Below are positions 30,520 to 32,000 of a DNA stretch of 32,000 nucleotides, in pieces. The notes beneath the pieces were generated by a model, which saw only the letters and a list, made by a program, of their open reading frames with translations, had not been told where the DNA came from and ran no database searches. A program made the translations under genes and the position numbers. The DNA is from Micrococcus luteus NCTC 2665 (lineage in GTDB: Bacteria; Actinomycetota; Actinomycetes; Actinomycetales; Micrococcaceae): assembly GCF_000023205.1 (NCBI RefSeq), contig NC_012803.1, positions 2,250,001-2,282,000 of the forward strand, read 5' to 3'. Every line of letters starts with the position of its first letter. Position 1 is the first letter of the stretch.

Positions 30520-31068
30520 TCAGGCGTCGGCGGACGCCGTCTCCAGGGTGATCTCCGGGTCCACGATCTGACCCTCCCACTCACCGGAGACCCCGTACAC
30601 GACGCAGTGCTTCTCGTCGGTGCCGTAGTTGCCCAGCTCGGAGGAGGTCAGGACGGCCCCGTTCAGCTGGTCCTCCTTCTCCTCGCTCAGGCGCTGGGCC
30701 TGGGCGGTGCAGGTCTGGGCGGCGGCGGGGTCGGCCTCCTCACCCTCGGCCACGGCCGGCACGGCCCACAGGTACTCCGCGGTGTGGGCGCCCTCGCAGT
30801 CGGTGGTCTCGAAGGAGGACAGGTCACGCGCGCCGAGCGGGGCGGTGAAGCACGTGCCGGCCTCGTAGTCGGCCGGGGCCGCGGACAGCGACGACGCCGA
30901 GGCGGACGAGGACTCCGCACCCTGCGTGGACGCGGAGGCGGGCGCCGTCGTCGAGGCGGACGCGTCGGCGTCGGACGAGTCCTGACCGCCGCACGCGGTG
31001 AGGGCCAGCAGCGCGGCAGCGGACAGGCCGGCAAGACGGGCGGAACGGGACAGGGCGGCGAAGGCCAT
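30520..31068 (-). CDS. Putative acidic lipoprotein with four conserved-looking cysteines
   Basis: ATG at 31068 (MAFAALSRSARLAGLSAAALLALTACGG, a lipobox) inside track ORF 30520-31404. A Ser/Ala-rich linker is followed by a Cys-containing domain (GTCF...TDCEGAHTAEY...CTAQ...HCVVY), possibly septum-formation-like. Function unknown. Confidence 0.55.
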   Translation of the reverse strand: MAFAALSRSARLAGLSAAALLALTACGGQDSSDADASASTTAPASASTQGAESSSASASSLSAAPADYEAGTCFTAPLGARDLSSFETTDCEGAHTAEYLWAVPAVAEGEEADPAAAQTCTAQAQRLSEEKEDQLNGAVLTSSELGNYGTDEKHCVVYGVSGEWEGQIVDPEITLETASADA

Positions 31069-31213
31069 GGGATGCTCTCCTGGAGTGACGTGGGACGCGC
31101 CGGGGTGTGGCGCCGACCTCAGCACTCTAGCCACGCCCGGCCGTCGGGATCGGGCCGAGGTGACGTGGCCCACATCTGATGGGCGGCCCGGCTCGCCTGC
31201 CACACTGAGAGGC

Positions 31214-31843
31214 ATGCAGACCCCGGCCACGCCCTCCCCGCACGACCGCCCCTCCCCCGTCGTCCGACCGTGGATGGCGGCCTCGGACGTCCCGGTCGCA
31301 GGCCCCGACGACGTCGAGCGCGTGGTCCTGCTCTCCCCGGCGGGCGAGGCCGTGGGCACGGAGGCCAAGGCCGCGGTCCACCGCCGCACCGAGGACGGCG
31401 GCACGCCCCTGCACCTGGCCTTCTCCTGTCACGTGTACGACGAGGCCGGCCGGTTCCTGCTCACCCGCCGGGCGCTGGGCAAGGCGGCGTTCCCCGGGGT
31501 GTGGACCAACGGGTTCTGCGGGCACCCCGGCCCCGGCGAGTCCCCCGCGGAGGCCGTGCTGCGCCGCGCCCCGCAGGAGCTGGGCGTGGAGGTGTCCGAC
31601 GTCGTCGAGGTGCTCCCCGACTTCCGCTACCGGGCCGCGGACGCCTCCGGCATGGAGGAGCACGAGGTCTGCCCGGTGTTCCGAGCCCGGATGCACGGCG
31701 ACCCCGCCCCGGAGCGGGACGAGGTCGCGGAGTGGTGCTGGGTGGAGCCGGCCGGTCTGGCCGCCGCCCTGGCCGCCGTCCCCCGGGCGTTCAGCCCGTG
31801 GCTCGTGGAGCAGTGGCGGCAGGGGGCGTTCGACCCGCGGTGA
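31214..31843 (+). CDS. idi: Isopentenyl-diphosphate delta-isomerase, type 1
   Basis: ATG at 31214 (alternative at 31274) inside track ORF 30998-31843. LHLAFSCHVYDEAGRFLLTRRALGKAAFPGVWTNGFCGHPGPGE and EHEVCPVF match type-1 IDI (NUDIX fold). Confidence 0.85.
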   Translation: MQTPATPSPHDRPSPVVRPWMAASDVPVAGPDDVERVVLLSPAGEAVGTEAKAAVHRRTEDGGTPLHLAFSCHVYDEAGRFLLTRRALGKAAFPGVWTNGFCGHPGPGESPAEAVLRRAPQELGVEVSDVVEVLPDFRYRAADASGMEEHEVCPVFRARMHGDPAPERDEVAEWCWVEPAGLAAALAAVPRAFSPWLVEQWRQGAFDPR

Positions 31844-31873
31844 GCGGGCGGCGCGGCCACGACGCGCGGGTCG

Positions 31874-32000
31874 TCAGCGGCCGTTGACGTCGTCGGCCGT
31901 GGACTGCACGGCCTCGTCCTGCCCCGGCTCGGCCTCGTCCTGCTGGCCCTGCTGTTCCTCGGCCAGGCGGTGGACCTCTGCGATGTCGAGGCCCTTGACC
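31874..32000 (-). CDS. C-terminal end of an unidentified protein (5' part outside the window)
   Basis: The minus-strand frame is open from the window edge to the stop at 31874-31876 and reads ...VKGLDIAEVHRLAEEQQGQQDEAEPGQDEAVQSTADDVNGR. GC3 usage looks coding, but the stretch is too short to classify. Confidence 0.3.
   Translation of the reverse strand, partial: VKGLDIAEVHRLAEEQQGQQDEAEPGQDEAVQSTADDVNGR

Noticed and set aside
31085-31168. Direct repeat GTGACGTGG (31085-31093 and 31160-31168) in the lipoprotein-idi divergent spacer
   Set aside because: It is only 9 bp, occurs just twice and is GC-rich. It could easily arise by chance in this composition, and there is no palindromic structure.

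Overview
Very GC-rich actinobacterial chromosomal DNA. The C50-carotenoid operon order (crtE-crtB-crtI-crtE2-crtYg-crtYh-GT2, with idi nearby) and an AztD-like His-rich lipoprotein suggest a Micrococcaceae or Micrococcus-like genome. This is an inference I cannot verify here.

Layout:
(i) 1-2.9 kb: small accessory genes and decayed paralogues. These are a VOC gene tail, a GNAT, a methyltransferase remnant, a frameshifted membrane protein, a DUF805 gene and a 5'-truncated AztD-like gene.
(ii) 2.87-6.62 kb: a nest of four IS families. An IS3 element carries an IS30, and a truncated IS481 carries an IS5/IS427-type element.
(iii) 6.6-17 kb: mixed small genes. These are an ElaA-type GNAT, membrane proteins, a P-loop NTPase, a coupled membrane-protein plus SAM-methyltransferase pair, NUDIX, a DUF2243 plus CtaG-like pair, OhrR/Ohr, DUF805, an SGNH hydrolase, lipoproteins and a full-length AztD-like gene.
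(iv) 17.2-23.8 kb: an aminotransferase, a 1143-aa SWIM+SNF2 helicase and an SDR-DUF2867 fusion.
(v) 23.8-31.8 kb: an eight-gene translationally coupled carotenoid operon, a lipoprotein and idi.

I saw no rRNA, tRNA or CRISPR array. The non-coding highlights are:
- a 116-bp dyad of four phased TTTC-N6-GAAA palindromes (18382-18497);
- two families of long hairpin repeats placed exactly at gene ends;
- convergent gene pairs whose stop codons lie inside palindromes.

No clearly new multi-gene system can be demonstrated by eye. The best candidates for follow-up are the phased palindrome array, the hairpin families and an uncharacterised membrane gene embedded in the carotenoid operon. Most very long Arg/Pro/Gly/Ala-rich ORFs in the six-frame track are GC artefacts.
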